64,000 nt of DNA from a phage. The stretch is taken from the sequence record PZ445440.1; one strand, given 5' to 3'. Under the pieces are notes generated by a model. The model saw nothing but the letters and a program-made list of their open reading frames with translations. It had not been told where the DNA came from and searched no databases. Position numbers and translations under genes: made by a program. Shown piece by piece: positions 18,922 through 29,355 of the stretch (position 1 is its first letter; each line of letters starts with the position of its first letter).

Positions 18922-21900
18922 ATGGTTGACATCAAACGTAAGTTCAGGGCCGAAGACGGTCTTGACGCAGGCGGTGATAAGATAGTTAACGTTGCGCTTG
19001 CTGACCGCACAGTTGGCACCGATGGCGTGAACGTTGACTTTTTGGTGCAAGAAAACACCGTACAGAATTATGACGATACGCGCGCGTATACAAAAGATTT
19101 TATTGTTCTTTATGATAATCGTTTTTATCAAGCTTTAAGTGATATTCCAGCTCCGGCAGGCCCTTTCTCTTTGGCTAAATGGAAGGCAACTCGTACAGAT
19201 GCAGAATGGATTACAGTTCAAGGCGGAGATTTCCAATTATCAGTAGGTAACTCTATTGCGGTTGATACTTCAGCTGGCACTGATATTAATTTCACTTTGC
19301 CTCAAAATCCTTTAGATGGCGATACAGTTATTTTGTCTGATATTGGTGGTAGAGTAGGCTATGTAAAAGTTCAAATTACTGCAGAGGCTCAAAGTATTGT
19401 AAACTTTAGAGGACAACAGGTTCGTTCAGTTTTAATGACGCACCCAAAATCTAAAATGGTCTTCATTTTTAGCAACCGCCTATGGCAAATGTATGTTTCT
19501 GATTACGAACGTAATGCAGTCACAGTAACTCCTGCTACGCCGTATCAGGCGCAACCTAATGATTTTATCATTCGACGTTTTACATCAGCCGCTCCTATTA
19601 ATATTACATTGCCTCGTAATGCTAATAACGGCGATATTATTAATTTAGTGGATTTAGACAAATTAAACCCATTATATCACACAATTGTCAAAACTTACGA
19701 TGAAACAACTTCTATACGAGAAGCTGGTGTTCATGTAGCAGAAGGACGTAATACTGCGGAAGCATTCTTTGTTTATGATTCTGCCAATAGTTTATGGCGT
19801 GTTTGGGAAGGTGACCAGAAATCTCGTTTACGTATAGTTCGTAATGATACTGATTTACGCCCTAATGAAGAAGTTCTTGTTTTTGGAACTAATAATGATA
19901 CAATCTCGACGGTAAATCTTACTTTGCCTACAGATATTTTGTCTGGCGATACTGTTAAAATATCGTTGAATTATATGCGTAAAGGGCAAACTGTAAAAAT
20001 TAAAGCTGCTGAAGGCGATACAATTGCTAGCAGTATTTCTTTATTACAGTTCCCAAAACGTTCGGAGTATCCACCTGATGCACAATGGGTTTCTGTTAGT
20101 GAGCTGGAATTTAATGGTGATACTTCGTATGTACCTGTACTTGAGTTAGCTTATATAGAAGATTATTCATCTGAAACAAAATATTGGGTAGTTCAACAAA
20201 ACACCGTAACCGTTGAACGAGTCGATGCATCGAGCAATACAACTCGAGCTCGTTTAGGTGTTATTGCTCTTGCTTCTCAAGCGCAAGCAAATGTTGATTT
20301 AGAAAATGCTCCTGGTAAAGAACTGGCTATTACTCCGGAAACATTAGCAAATCGTACAGCAACTGAAACTCGTCGTGGTATTGCTCGTATTGCAACAACT
20401 GCACAAGTTAACCAGAATACCGATTTTGCATTCCAAGACGACTTGATTATTTCTCCTAAGAAATTGAACGAACGTACAGCAACTGAAACCCGTAGAGGTG
20501 TTGCTGAAGTTGCAACTCAGGCTGAAACTAATGCTGGAACAGATGATACCACTATTATTACTCCTAAGAAATTGGATGCCCGTCAAGGTTCTGAAGTTTT
20601 ATCTGGTATTGTAAAATACACATCTACGACTGGTACTACAGCTGCTACTATTCGTGGTAATGCTGGGACTAATGTTTATAACAAAGCCGTAGATAATTTA
20701 ACTATTTCTCCAAAGGCTCTTGACCAGTATAAAGCTACCCCTACTCAGCAGGGTGCAGTAATTCTTGCTATTGAAAGTGAAGTTATCGCTGGCGAATCAC
20801 AAGCAGGTTGGGCTAATGCTGTAGTGACCCCTGAAACTCTGCATAAGAAAACTTCTACTGATGGACGTATTGGTTTAATTGAAATTGCTACGCAAGTAGA
20901 AACTAACACTGGAACTGATTATACTAGAGCAGTAACGCCTAAGACGTTAAATGATAGGAAAGCTACGGAAGGATTATCTGGCATAGCTGAAATTGCTACG
21001 CAAGTTGAATTTGATACTGGAACTGATGATACTCGTATCTCGTCTCCACTGAAAATTAAAACTCATTTTGATTCTTCTGACCGTACCAGTGTTAATTCTG
21101 ATTCCGGACTTATTGAAGAAGGAACCTTGTGGAACCATTATACTCTTGATATTTCTAAAGCAAATGAAACACAACGTGGTACACTTCGAGTAGCGACCCA
21201 GGCAGAATCTAATGCAGGAACTTTAGATGATGTTCTTATTACTCCTAAAAAGCTTTTAGGGACTAAGTCCACTGAAACATCTGAAGGCGTAATTAAGGTT
21301 GCTACTCAGGCTGAAACTGTAACAGGAACTTCTGCTAATACTGCTGTATCACCTAAGAATTTAAAATGGATTGTTCAATCAGAACCGTCATGGACTGCTA
21401 CTACGGCAATTCGTGGATTCGTTAAAACTTCATCTGGTTCTATTACATTTGTTGGTAATGATACAGTTGGTTCAACACAATCTTTAGAATCATATGAGAA
21501 AAATAGCTATGCGGTGTCACCATATGAATTAAACCGTGTACTTGCTAACTACTTACCGTTGAAAGCTAAAGCAGCTGATAGTAATTTGTTAGATGGTCTA
21601 GATTCTCTTCAGTTCATCCGTAGAGACATCGACCAGACGGTTAATGGTTCTTTAAGTCTTACTAAACAGACCAACCTGAGTGCTCCTTTAGTATCTACAA
21701 GCACTGCTTCTTTTGGTTCCGAAGCATCTGTTACTCGTAGATTAACTCTTAATGACTCTAGCGGTTCCGAAATAGTTTTCACTAAAGGAACCCAATCTCT
21801 TAGTAATAAAGAGAATTTCGTTGTTAGAGCATGGGGTAATAGCGCTACAGATGGTGCCCGTGATACAGTATTTGAAGCGGGTGACGAAACCGGATACCAT

Positions 21901-22755
21901 TTCTATTCTCAGCGCGCTGCTGATAATAGAGTATCATTTAATATTAATGGAACACTTTATTCAACAGGTATTGTTTCTACAAATGGATTAAATGTTACAG
22001 GTGTTTCTACCTTTACAGGGCCTATTAGTGCTACAGGCGAAATTGTTTCTAGTTCTCCTATTGCATTCAGAGCTATTAACGGTAACTATGGTGTTATGCT
22101 TTATAATGCTGGTAACAGTTCTTATATTGCATTAACTAACTCAGGTGACCAGACCGGGACGTTTAATAACTTACGCCCGATCACGATTAACAACGCCACA
22201 GGCTTAGTTCGTCTTGACAATGGTGTTCAAATCACAAGTGGTGCAACAATAACTACCGGTGGGTTAACTGTAAATAACAGAATTATTTCTAACGGCGTTA
22301 AAACTGCCACTGTTTATACCGATAAACCAACAGCTTCTACTGTAGGTTTTTGGTCTATTGACATTAACGATTCTGCTGTATATAGCCAATTCCCTGGATA
22401 CTGGACGCGTGATAACAAAGGTAACCGTGACCAAGAAATTAAATATCCTGGTACTTTGACTCAATTTGGTAATAGCTTAGATTCGCTTTATCAGGATTGG
22501 ATTTGTTATCCTACAGGTGCAAATGGCGGTAGTATTCGTTATACTCGTACCTGGCAGAAAAATAAAGATGCTTGGACTTCATTTGCAATGGTATTTGATA
22601 GTGGCAACCCACCTTCACCTAGCGATGTCGGTGCTATCCCATCTGATAATGCTGTTATTGGAAACCTTACTGTTCGAGACTTCTTACAATTAGGAAATGT
22701 GAGAATTGTTCCAGACCCGGTTAACAAAACAGTTAAATTTATATGGGTTGAATAA
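18922..22755 (+). CDS. 34: long tail fibre proximal subunit gp34
   Basis: 1277 aa; colinear with recalled T4 gp34 including repeated TETRRG...ATQAE...TD...PKKL motifs. Confidence 0.95.
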   Translation: MVDIKRKFRAEDGLDAGGDKIVNVALADRTVGTDGVNVDFLVQENTVQNYDDTRAYTKDFIVLYDNRFYQALSDIPAPAGPFSLAKWKATRTDAEWITVQGGDFQLSVGNSIAVDTSAGTDINFTLPQNPLDGDTVILSDIGGRVGYVKVQITAEAQSIVNFRGQQVRSVLMTHPKSKMVFIFSNRLWQMYVSDYERNAVTVTPATPYQAQPNDFIIRRFTSAAPINITLPRNANNGDIINLVDLDKLNPLYHTIVKTYDETTSIREAGVHVAEGRNTAEAFFVYDSANSLWRVWEGDQKSRLRIVRNDTDLRPNEEVLVFGTNNDTISTVNLTLPTDILSGDTVKISLNYMRKGQTVKIKAAEGDTIASSISLLQFPKRSEYPPDAQWVSVSELEFNGDTSYVPVLELAYIEDYSSETKYWVVQQNTVTVERVDASSNTTRARLGVIALASQAQANVDLENAPGKELAITPETLANRTATETRRGIARIATTAQVNQNTDFAFQDDLIISPKKLNERTATETRRGVAEVATQAETNAGTDDTTIITPKKLDARQGSEVLSGIVKYTSTTGTTAATIRGNAGTNVYNKAVDNLTISPKALDQYKATPTQQGAVILAIESEVIAGESQAGWANAVVTPETLHKKTSTDGRIGLIEIATQVETNTGTDYTRAVTPKTLNDRKATEGLSGIAEIATQVEFDTGTDDTRISSPLKIKTHFDSSDRTSVNSDSGLIEEGTLWNHYTLDISKANETQRGTLRVATQAESNAGTLDDVLITPKKLLGTKSTETSEGVIKVATQAETVTGTSANTAVSPKNLKWIVQSEPSWTATTAIRGFVKTSSGSITFVGNDTVGSTQSLESYEKNSYAVSPYELNRVLANYLPLKAKAADSNLLDGLDSLQFIRRDIDQTVNGSLSLTKQTNLSAPLVSTSTASFGSEASVTRRLTLNDSSGSEIVFTKGTQSLSNKENFVVRAWGNSATDGARDTVFEAGDETGYHFYSQRAADNRVSFNINGTLYSTGIVSTNGLNVTGVSTFTGPISATGEIVSSSPIAFRAINGNYGVMLYNAGNSSYIALTNSGDQTGTFNNLRPITINNATGLVRLDNGVQITSGATITTGGLTVNNRIISNGVKTATVYTDKPTASTVGFWSIDINDSAVYSQFPGYWTRDNKGNRDQEIKYPGTLTQFGNSLDSLYQDWICYPTGANGGSIRYTRTWQKNKDAWTSFAMVFDSGNPPSPSDVGAIPSDNAVIGNLTVRDFLQLGNVRIVPDPVNKTVKFIWVE

Positions 22756-22763
22756 GAGGTTAT

Positions 22764-23888
22764 ATGGAAAAATTTATGGCAAGGTTTGGACAGGGATACG
22801 TCCAAACGCCGTTTTTATCGGAAAGCAATTCAGTTAGATTTAAGCTAAGTATAGCGGGTTCATGCCCGCTTTCAACAACTAATCCGTATATTTTGTTCCA
22901 AAACGAGCCTTTAGGGTTGCAGTCTTTTGGTATTGGACTAAATGTTAGGGTGATAAATCCGGAAAATGGAACTATAGTTGATAGTAAATTATACAATTTT
23001 GCGCCTACAAATAATGCAACTTCAGCTGCATTTATTTCGTTTGTTAATACATACGCAGATAATTTCATTTTCGCATTTATTTCCAATAACAAATTTAATT
23101 TGCCACCAGAAATAATTGAATGGTTTAAAGCTGCTGGGAGTTCAGTTATACCGTCAATTGAAGTTGCTAGTCTTGTTGATATTTCATATTCAGCGTTTTA
23201 TGTTTCAGGTAAAAATACTATTGCATTAGAACACATAAAATACAGTAATAAGAAAACAATTTCTGATTACGCAACTCCATTAGATATTGTATATGACTCT
23301 ATTGCTGATATAGGTGCTACCGGCTATCCTAGACGTACATATGAAGCTCTAGAAACGTTTTTATCTCCTGTTGGAGGAACTAACAATGAAATAAAAAGGA
23401 TGCCTACGTCATCCCTTGTTACTCCTATCGCAAACTATGGATTAAAGCCTACAGATTTTCTTTATTTGAAATTTCAATTAACGGCTGATGAAGAATTATT
23501 AGAGGAAGGAACCACAAGACTTTCAATTCGTTTCTTTAAGTCTCCATCTAGCTCTCCTATATCATCTAAAGATATAAACTTTGATGGAATTGCCGGGGAG
23601 TGGAAGCTATATGAAGAATACGTTGAAATACCAGCTGAAGCTGATGGCTTTACAGTATATTGTTACCGTACGGCCTCAGTCGGTCAAGGTGGACTAAGAA
23701 ATGTTATTTTCACTGAAGTATCATGTAACGGAAGTATAGCAAAACCCGCTGAGTTTGGTATAAACGGTATTCGTGTTAATTACATTGATGAATCATTAAC
23801 CGGTAATGATATAATGGACTTGCCTACTCAGTTATCTAACGACACAGGTAAGGTATTTGGGCAGGAATTTAAAGAGTACACAGAATAA
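22764..23888 (+). CDS. 35: long tail fibre hinge protein gp35
   Basis: 374 aa; N-terminus MEKFMA.FGQGYVQTPFLSESNSVR as in T4 gp35. Confidence 0.9.
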   Translation: MEKFMARFGQGYVQTPFLSESNSVRFKLSIAGSCPLSTTNPYILFQNEPLGLQSFGIGLNVRVINPENGTIVDSKLYNFAPTNNATSAAFISFVNTYADNFIFAFISNNKFNLPPEIIEWFKAAGSSVIPSIEVASLVDISYSAFYVSGKNTIALEHIKYSNKKTISDYATPLDIVYDSIADIGATGYPRRTYEALETFLSPVGGTNNEIKRMPTSSLVTPIANYGLKPTDFLYLKFQLTADEELLEEGTTRLSIRFFKSPSSSPISSKDINFDGIAGEWKLYEEYVEIPAEADGFTVYCYRTASVGQGGLRNVIFTEVSCNGSIAKPAEFGINGIRVNYIDESLTGNDIMDLPTQLSNDTGKVFGQEFKEYTE

Positions 23889-23890
23889 AG

Positions 23891-23906
23891 GAGACTTCGG
23901 TCTCCT
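23891..23906 (+). terminator. stem-loop GGAGAC-UUCG-GUCUCC + U-run after gene 35
   Basis: Hairpin oriented for plus-strand transcripts, followed by TTTT. Confidence 0.5.
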
Positions 23907-23913
23907 TTTCGCG

Positions 23914-23921
23914 TATAAATA
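23914..23921 (+). promoter_or_regulatory. late promoter TATAAATA upstream of gene 36
   Basis: Exact octamer about 27 nt upstream of gene 36 start; T4 has a late promoter at this position. Confidence 0.6.
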
Positions 23922-23947
23922 CTTTAATATTAATAAGGAGACACGAA

Positions 23948-24604
23948 ATGGCCGATTTAAAAGCCGGAAGTACAGTTGGTGGTTCCGTCATATGGCATCA
24001 AGGCAATTTTCCTTTAATGCCAGCTGGCGACGACATCCTATATAAAACATTTAAATTATACACCGAATATAACAAGCCAAAAGCGGCTGATAACGATTTC
24101 GTATCTAAAGCAAATGGTGGGACATATCTCAAAAAGGTAATCTTTAACGAAGGTATTTCAGTCAAAACAGCAGATGACCAAACGAATGGTATTTTTTCTG
24201 GTGGTGGTGACGCCGCGACATTCGACCAAACAAACATGGATATTGTTTCGTGGTATGGTATTGGGTTTAAATCATCTCAAGGTACAGGTGAAAGAACTGT
24301 TGTAATTGATACTCGCACCGGTAATATAGGTTCTAAAGGCGTTATTGAAGCATCTCAATTCAGAGCCACAACGTTAGCACCTTTAAATAATTACGACCTT
24401 ACTCGCAAAGATTATGTTGATAGTCAAATAAATACAGTTAATGCTAATGCAAACTCTAGGGTATCACGCTCTGGAGATATGATGACCGGCGCTCTAACCG
24501 CCCCAAACTTTTTCTCACAGAATCCTGCATCTCAACCCTCACATGTTCCACGATTTGACCAAATTGTTATTAAGGATTCTGTTCAAGATTTCGGCTATTA
24601 TTAA
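23948..24604 (+). CDS. 36: long tail fibre distal connector gp36
   Basis: 218 aa; strong identity to recalled T4 gp36 (MADLK.GST.GGSVIWHQGNFPL). Confidence 0.9.
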   Translation: MADLKAGSTVGGSVIWHQGNFPLMPAGDDILYKTFKLYTEYNKPKAADNDFVSKANGGTYLKKVIFNEGISVKTADDQTNGIFSGGGDAATFDQTNMDIVSWYGIGFKSSQGTGERTVVIDTRTGNIGSKGVIEASQFRATTLAPLNNYDLTRKDYVDSQINTVNANANSRVSRSGDMMTGALTAPNFFSQNPASQPSHVPRFDQIVIKDSVQDFGYY

Positions 24605-24612
24605 GAGGACTT

Positions 24613-27600
24613 ATGGCTACTTTAAAACAAATACAATTTAAAAGAAGCAAAACTGCAGGAGCACGTCCTGCCGCTTCAGTATTAGCCGAAGGTGAATTGG
24701 CTATAAACTTAAAAGACCGTGTACTTTTTACTAAAGATGACCAAGGAAATATTATTGATCTGGGTTTTGCTAAAGGCGGTAGTATTGACGGGAATGTTAT
24801 TCATACAGGTAATTATAACCAAACTGGCGATTATACTTTAAATGGCACCTTCACTCAGACAGGTAATTTTAATTTAACTGGTATTGCTCGAGTAACTCGC
24901 GATATTATTGCCGCTGGGCAGATTATGACTGAAGGCGGAGAACTTATTACAAAAAGTTCAGGTACGGCACATGTTCGTTTTTTCGATGGCAATAGCCGCG
25001 AACGTGGAATCATTTATGCCCCGGCTAATGATGGATTAACTACACAAGTACTTAATATCAGGGTTCAAGACTACGCCGCTGGTAGCGAAAGCACTTATGC
25101 ATTTTCAGGCAATGGACAATTTACTTCACCTGAAGTATCGGCATGGAAATCTATGTCAACTCCTCAGATTTTGACTGACAAAGTCATTACAGACGGGAAG
25201 AAGGCCGGTGATTACGACATCTATTCATTAGCAAATAATAATTCTAACACAGATAAAAATAATTTACGTGTCGTACGTACCGACCCGGCGGCCGCAATGC
25301 TCCATGAAATTTGTGAAAACAACGGCATCAGTTGGTATTCTGGTTCAACCCCTACTGATTATATGTTATCTTTTGCTTATTCCGGCGGTTTTCAAGCAGG
25401 CCATTCGATTGCAGTAGGTATGGAATCAGGGCCTATGACATATTCAACCTTAGGTAAAGGTTCTATTGTTCTTGGGGATAATGATACTGGATTTAAATGG
25501 CATCAAGACGGATATTATTTCAGTGTTAATAATGGAACAAAAACGTTTTTATTTGGTCCTAGCGAAACAACTAGCCTAAGAAAATTTGTAGCCGGATATT
25601 CTACTAATGGAACCGATTTAACTACTCCTCCAACTGAAAACTATGCTCTTGCTACTGTTGTGACATATCACGATAATAACGCGTTTGGAGATGGTCAGAC
25701 TCTTTTGGGATATTATCAAGGCGGTAATTATCATCACTATTTCCGTGGTAAGGGTACCACAAACATTAATACTCACGGCGGTTTGTTGGTTACTCCTGGT
25801 AATATTGATGTTATCGGCGGTTCTGTTAATATAGATGGTAGAAATAATTCTTCTACACTAATGTTTAGAGGCAACACAACAGGATACAGCTCGGTTGATA
25901 ATATGGATATTAAAGTTTGGGGTAATACGTTTGTTGATCCAAGCGGAGGTATCCGTAAAAACATTATGGAAATTTCTGATGCAACTAGCTGGATGAGCTA
26001 TATTCAAAGACTTACTACTGGCGAAGTAGAAATGAACGTTAATGGTTCATTTGAATCATCTGGTGTTACTGCTGGAGATAGAGGAGTTCACACAACAGGC
26101 GAAATTTCATCTGGTGCAGTGAATGCTCTTCGTATTTGGAACGCAGATTATGGAGTCATTTTTAGACGTTCAGAAGGAAGTCTTCATATTATTCCAACTG
26201 CTTATGGCGAAGGCAAAGATGGCGATATCGGTCCACTTCGTCCGTTTAGTATGTCTTTAGATACAGGTAAGGTCGTTATTCCTGACCTAGATTTGAGTCA
26301 TACAACTTTTGCTGAAAATGGTTTTATTAAATTCGGTGGGCATGGAGCAGGCGCTGGTGGTTATGACATTCAATATGCTCAAGCGGCTCCTATTTTCCAG
26401 GAAATTGATGATGATGCTGTAAGCAAATATTATCCTATTGTTAAACAGAAGTTTTTAAACGGTAAATCCGTTTGGTCTTTAGGTACCGAAATTGAATCAG
26501 GTACATTCGTTATTCATCATCTGAAAGAAGATGGTTCACAAGGCCATACATCAAGATTTAATATGGATGGTACTGTTAATTTCCCTGATAATGTTCTGGT
26601 CGGCGGTGATATTAACATGAAAGGCGTGATGACTTTTGACGCCGGACGTTTAGGATCACGAGATTATTTTAAATTTAACCATTGGGGTGATAGTAATAAT
26701 GCTCGTGATAACATCATCCAGTTAGAAGATAGTCAAGGCGCTCATTTTTCCACTGAACGTACTTTAGCGACAGGTGCAATTAAAACTCGTTTCTTTGGCG
26801 AAACATTTACTGATGGTACATTATACCTAAATCAGATGAATAATAGCTCTGAACGATTCCATATCAATAATTGGGGAAATTCAGAAGTTGGTCGCGCGGC
26901 GGTGGTGGAAGTCGGTGATTCCAAAGGTTATCACTTCTATACAGAACGCAGGACAGATAACAGTTTGACGTTTGATGTTGCTGGCACTTTTACCGTGCAT
27001 GGATCTAGCGGGATCACTATCAAAAACTCTGCTGGCGCTCGCCGCATCTGGTTTAAAGATGATAGCGAATCGGAAAAGGCTGTTATCTGGGCTACAGATG
27101 AGGGTATTTTACATATACGAAATAATTATGGGGGTTCATTTAGTCATCACTTCCAGGGTGCAATGATTCTAGCGGGAGAGCGTGTTCCATATAATAGTGA
27201 ATACGCTCTTATCCGTGGTAATATTTCCGGTGGTGCATGGGTAGACTGGCGAGATCGTCCGGCTGGATTGTTGGTAGACTGTCAGGACTCACGAAATCAA
27301 GCATATAACATTTGGAAAGCTACTCATTGGGGCGAACAGCACATTGCGGCGATGGGTGTTCATGCTGGTGGTGGTAATCCTCATGTTGTATTGCATGTGG
27401 GTGGGAGTGATTATGCATTTGGATTTAACGGTGATTTTACTGCTGGCGCTGCTGTATATTGTAACGACGTTTATATTCGTTCTGACCGTCGTCTGAAAAT
27501 TAATGTTGAAGACTACGAAGAGAATGCGGTAGATAAGGTAAATAAACTCAAAGTTAAAACCTATGATAAAGTTAAATCTCTTTCTGACCGCGAAGTTATC

Positions 27601-27834
27601 GGCCATGAGATTGGTATTATCGCACAGGATTTGCAAGAAGTATTACCGGAAGCTGTTAGCACTTCTAGTGTCGGATCTCAGGATAACCCAGAAGAAATTT
27701 TAACAATTTCTAACTCTGCTGTGAACGCGCTTTTAATTAAGGCCATTCAGGAAATGAGCGAAGAAATTAAAGAATTGAAAACGCCTCTCTTTACTAAAAT
27801 TGCTCGCAAAATTAGTAAATATTTTAAATTCTAA
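24613..27834 (+). CDS. 37: long tail fibre distal subunit gp37, T2-type with C-terminal intramolecular chaperone domain
   Basis: 1073 aa; N-terminus MATLKQIQFKRSK as in T4 gp37; C-terminal about 100 aa resembles self-cleaving chaperone domains of phage fibres/endosialidases; no His-rich T4-type tip. Confidence 0.9.
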   Translation: MATLKQIQFKRSKTAGARPAASVLAEGELAINLKDRVLFTKDDQGNIIDLGFAKGGSIDGNVIHTGNYNQTGDYTLNGTFTQTGNFNLTGIARVTRDIIAAGQIMTEGGELITKSSGTAHVRFFDGNSRERGIIYAPANDGLTTQVLNIRVQDYAAGSESTYAFSGNGQFTSPEVSAWKSMSTPQILTDKVITDGKKAGDYDIYSLANNNSNTDKNNLRVVRTDPAAAMLHEICENNGISWYSGSTPTDYMLSFAYSGGFQAGHSIAVGMESGPMTYSTLGKGSIVLGDNDTGFKWHQDGYYFSVNNGTKTFLFGPSETTSLRKFVAGYSTNGTDLTTPPTENYALATVVTYHDNNAFGDGQTLLGYYQGGNYHHYFRGKGTTNINTHGGLLVTPGNIDVIGGSVNIDGRNNSSTLMFRGNTTGYSSVDNMDIKVWGNTFVDPSGGIRKNIMEISDATSWMSYIQRLTTGEVEMNVNGSFESSGVTAGDRGVHTTGEISSGAVNALRIWNADYGVIFRRSEGSLHIIPTAYGEGKDGDIGPLRPFSMSLDTGKVVIPDLDLSHTTFAENGFIKFGGHGAGAGGYDIQYAQAAPIFQEIDDDAVSKYYPIVKQKFLNGKSVWSLGTEIESGTFVIHHLKEDGSQGHTSRFNMDGTVNFPDNVLVGGDINMKGVMTFDAGRLGSRDYFKFNHWGDSNNARDNIIQLEDSQGAHFSTERTLATGAIKTRFFGETFTDGTLYLNQMNNSSERFHINNWGNSEVGRAAVVEVGDSKGYHFYTERRTDNSLTFDVAGTFTVHGSSGITIKNSAGARRIWFKDDSESEKAVIWATDEGILHIRNNYGGSFSHHFQGAMILAGERVPYNSEYALIRGNISGGAWVDWRDRPAGLLVDCQDSRNQAYNIWKATHWGEQHIAAMGVHAGGGNPHVVLHVGGSDYAFGFNGDFTAGAAVYCNDVYIRSDRRLKINVEDYEENAVDKVNKLKVKTYDKVKSLSDREVIGHEIGIIAQDLQEVLPEAVSTSSVGSQDNPEEILTISNSAVNALLIKAIQEMSEEIKELKTPLFTKIARKISKYFKF

Positions 27835-27840
27835 CAACAA

Positions 27841-27855
27841 GGGGGAAATGCCCCC
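27841..27855 (+). terminator. stem-loop GGGGG-AAAUG-CCCCC after gene 37
   Basis: GC hairpin followed by TTT directly after gp37 stop. Confidence 0.4.
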
Positions 27856-27870
27856 TTTGGAGTATAAATT

Positions 27871-28650
27871 ATGGCAGTAGTTGGAGTTCCTGGCTGGATT
27901 GGAAGTTCAGCCGTAAATGAAACGGGTCAGCGCTGGATGAGTCAAGCAGCTGGTCAATTAAGATTGGGTGTTCCTTGCTGGATGAGTCAATTTGCAGGTC
28001 GCTCAAGAGAAATAATTCACACACTTGGAGCAGACCATAACTTCAATGGTCAATGGTTCCGAGATAGATGTTTTGAGGCAGGTAGTGCACCTATAGTGTT
28101 TAATATCACCGGAAATTTAGTATCATATAGTAAAGATGTTCCATTATTCTTTATGTATGGCGATACACCAAATGAATATGTTACTTTGAATATTCATGGT
28201 GGAGTTCATATGTGGGGACGAGGTGGTAACGGCACTGTAAACGGAAACCCAGGCACAAATGGCGGCGATGTAATCCAAAATGATATCGGCGGAAGACTTC
28301 GTATTTGGAACTATGGCGTTATTGCATCAGGTGGCGGTGGTGGTGGTGCAGTGTCATTACAGAATAGCTGGGCGCCAAATGCTACAGCAGGTGGCGGTGG
28401 CGGCAGACCATTTGGCCTCGGTGGTGGTGGCGTTAATTGGCCTGGCGGTAATGCTAGTTATGACGCCCCGGGCGGTGCCGGTTACACTTCCCAATTCGGC
28501 GGTGGTAATGGTGGCGATGCTGGGGGTCGGGGCGGAGATGGATGGGGTAATCACTTATCTAGATCTGGCGGTGGTGCTCCTGGCAGAGCAGTATTCGGAA
28601 GTTCACCGTCATGGGGTGCTACAGGCACAATCTACGGCTCCTGGATTTAA
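27871..28650 (+). CDS. 38: tail fibre adhesin gp38 (T2/T6-type, glycine-rich motifs)
   Basis: 259 aa; multiple poly-Gly motifs (GGGGGGA, GGGGG, GGGG, GGGNGG) separated by short variable segments, the architecture of T2-type receptor-binding gp38. Confidence 0.85.
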   Translation: MAVVGVPGWIGSSAVNETGQRWMSQAAGQLRLGVPCWMSQFAGRSREIIHTLGADHNFNGQWFRDRCFEAGSAPIVFNITGNLVSYSKDVPLFFMYGDTPNEYVTLNIHGGVHMWGRGGNGTVNGNPGTNGGDVIQNDIGGRLRIWNYGVIASGGGGGGAVSLQNSWAPNATAGGGGGRPFGLGGGGVNWPGGNASYDAPGGAGYTSQFGGGNGGDAGGRGGDGWGNHLSRSGGGAPGRAVFGSSPSWGATGTIYGSWI

Positions 28651-28668
28651 ACGATATTACCTCTCAAT

Positions 28669-28676
28669 TATAAATA
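28669..28676 (+). promoter_or_regulatory. late promoter TATAAATA upstream of holin t
   Basis: Exact octamer about 20 nt upstream of t start. Confidence 0.55.
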
Positions 28677-28695
28677 TTGATAAATGGGAGGTAAT

Positions 28696-29355
28696 ATGGC
28701 AGCACCAAAAGTATCATTTTCGCCTAGTGATATTTTATTTGGGTTGCTAGACCGCATTTTCAAAGATAACGCCTCTGGAAATATTCTTATTTCAAGAGTT
28801 GCTGTTGTAGTTCTTTTGTTCCTAATGGCACTAATATGGTACAAAGGGAATATTTTTATGGATTATTACGTGAGGTCGAAATATGATACTTACACAGAAG
28901 TAATTCAAAAAGAAAGAAATACACGATTTGAATCTGCGGCTTTAGAACAACTACAAATAGTCCACGTCACATCAAGGGCGGATTTTAGTTCGGTGTATTC
29001 TTTCAGACCTAAAAATCTAAATTATTTCGTCGACCTTATTGCGTATGAAGGTAAGTTACCTAGCACAGTAACTGAAAAATCTATGGGAGGATTTCCTGTT
29101 GATAAAACGACAGCAGAATATTCGGTCCATTTAAGTGGACTTCACTTTACTTCTAAAACAGATTTTGCTTTCTTACCTACAAAATCAAAAACTCCGGAAC
29201 TGGTGTATATGTATAGTTGTCCTTACTTCAATTTGGATAACATATATGCTGGAACTGTTTCTATGTATTGGTATAAGGGGTCGGATGTGTTAAATGAAGA
29301 ACGCTTGGCTGCAATATGCAACCAAGCAGCAAGGATATTAGGGCGGGCTAAATAA
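28696..29355 (+). CDS. t: holin T
   Basis: Track ORF trimmed to Met5 (MAAPK) behind GGGAGG RBS; 219 aa; near-identical to recalled T4 holin (single N-terminal TM plus large periplasmic domain). Confidence 0.9.
   Translation: MAAPKVSFSPSDILFGLLDRIFKDNASGNILISRVAVVVLLFLMALIWYKGNIFMDYYVRSKYDTYTEVIQKERNTRFESAALEQLQIVHVTSRADFSSVYSFRPKNLNYFVDLIAYEGKLPSTVTEKSMGGFPVDKTTAEYSVHLSGLHFTSKTDFAFLPTKSKTPELVYMYSCPYFNLDNIYAGTVSMYWYKGSDVLNEERLAAICNQAARILGRAK

Noticed and set aside
20344-20586. Minus-strand ORFs embedded in tail-fibre genes (20344..20586, 20974..21174, 22264..22464, 25773..25964, 27289..27636, 28357..28554) and plus ORF 28280..28750 overlapping gp38
   Set aside because: They lie wholly inside strongly supported long CDSs, have no RBS, and are translations of biased codon sequence (Cys/Ser-rich or low complexity); treated as spurious.
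28320-28560. Repetitive GGT/GGC-rich DNA that might suggest a simple-sequence repeat or CRISPR-like array
   Set aside because: It is the glycine-rich motif region of gp38, in frame and coding; no direct repeat-spacer periodicity.
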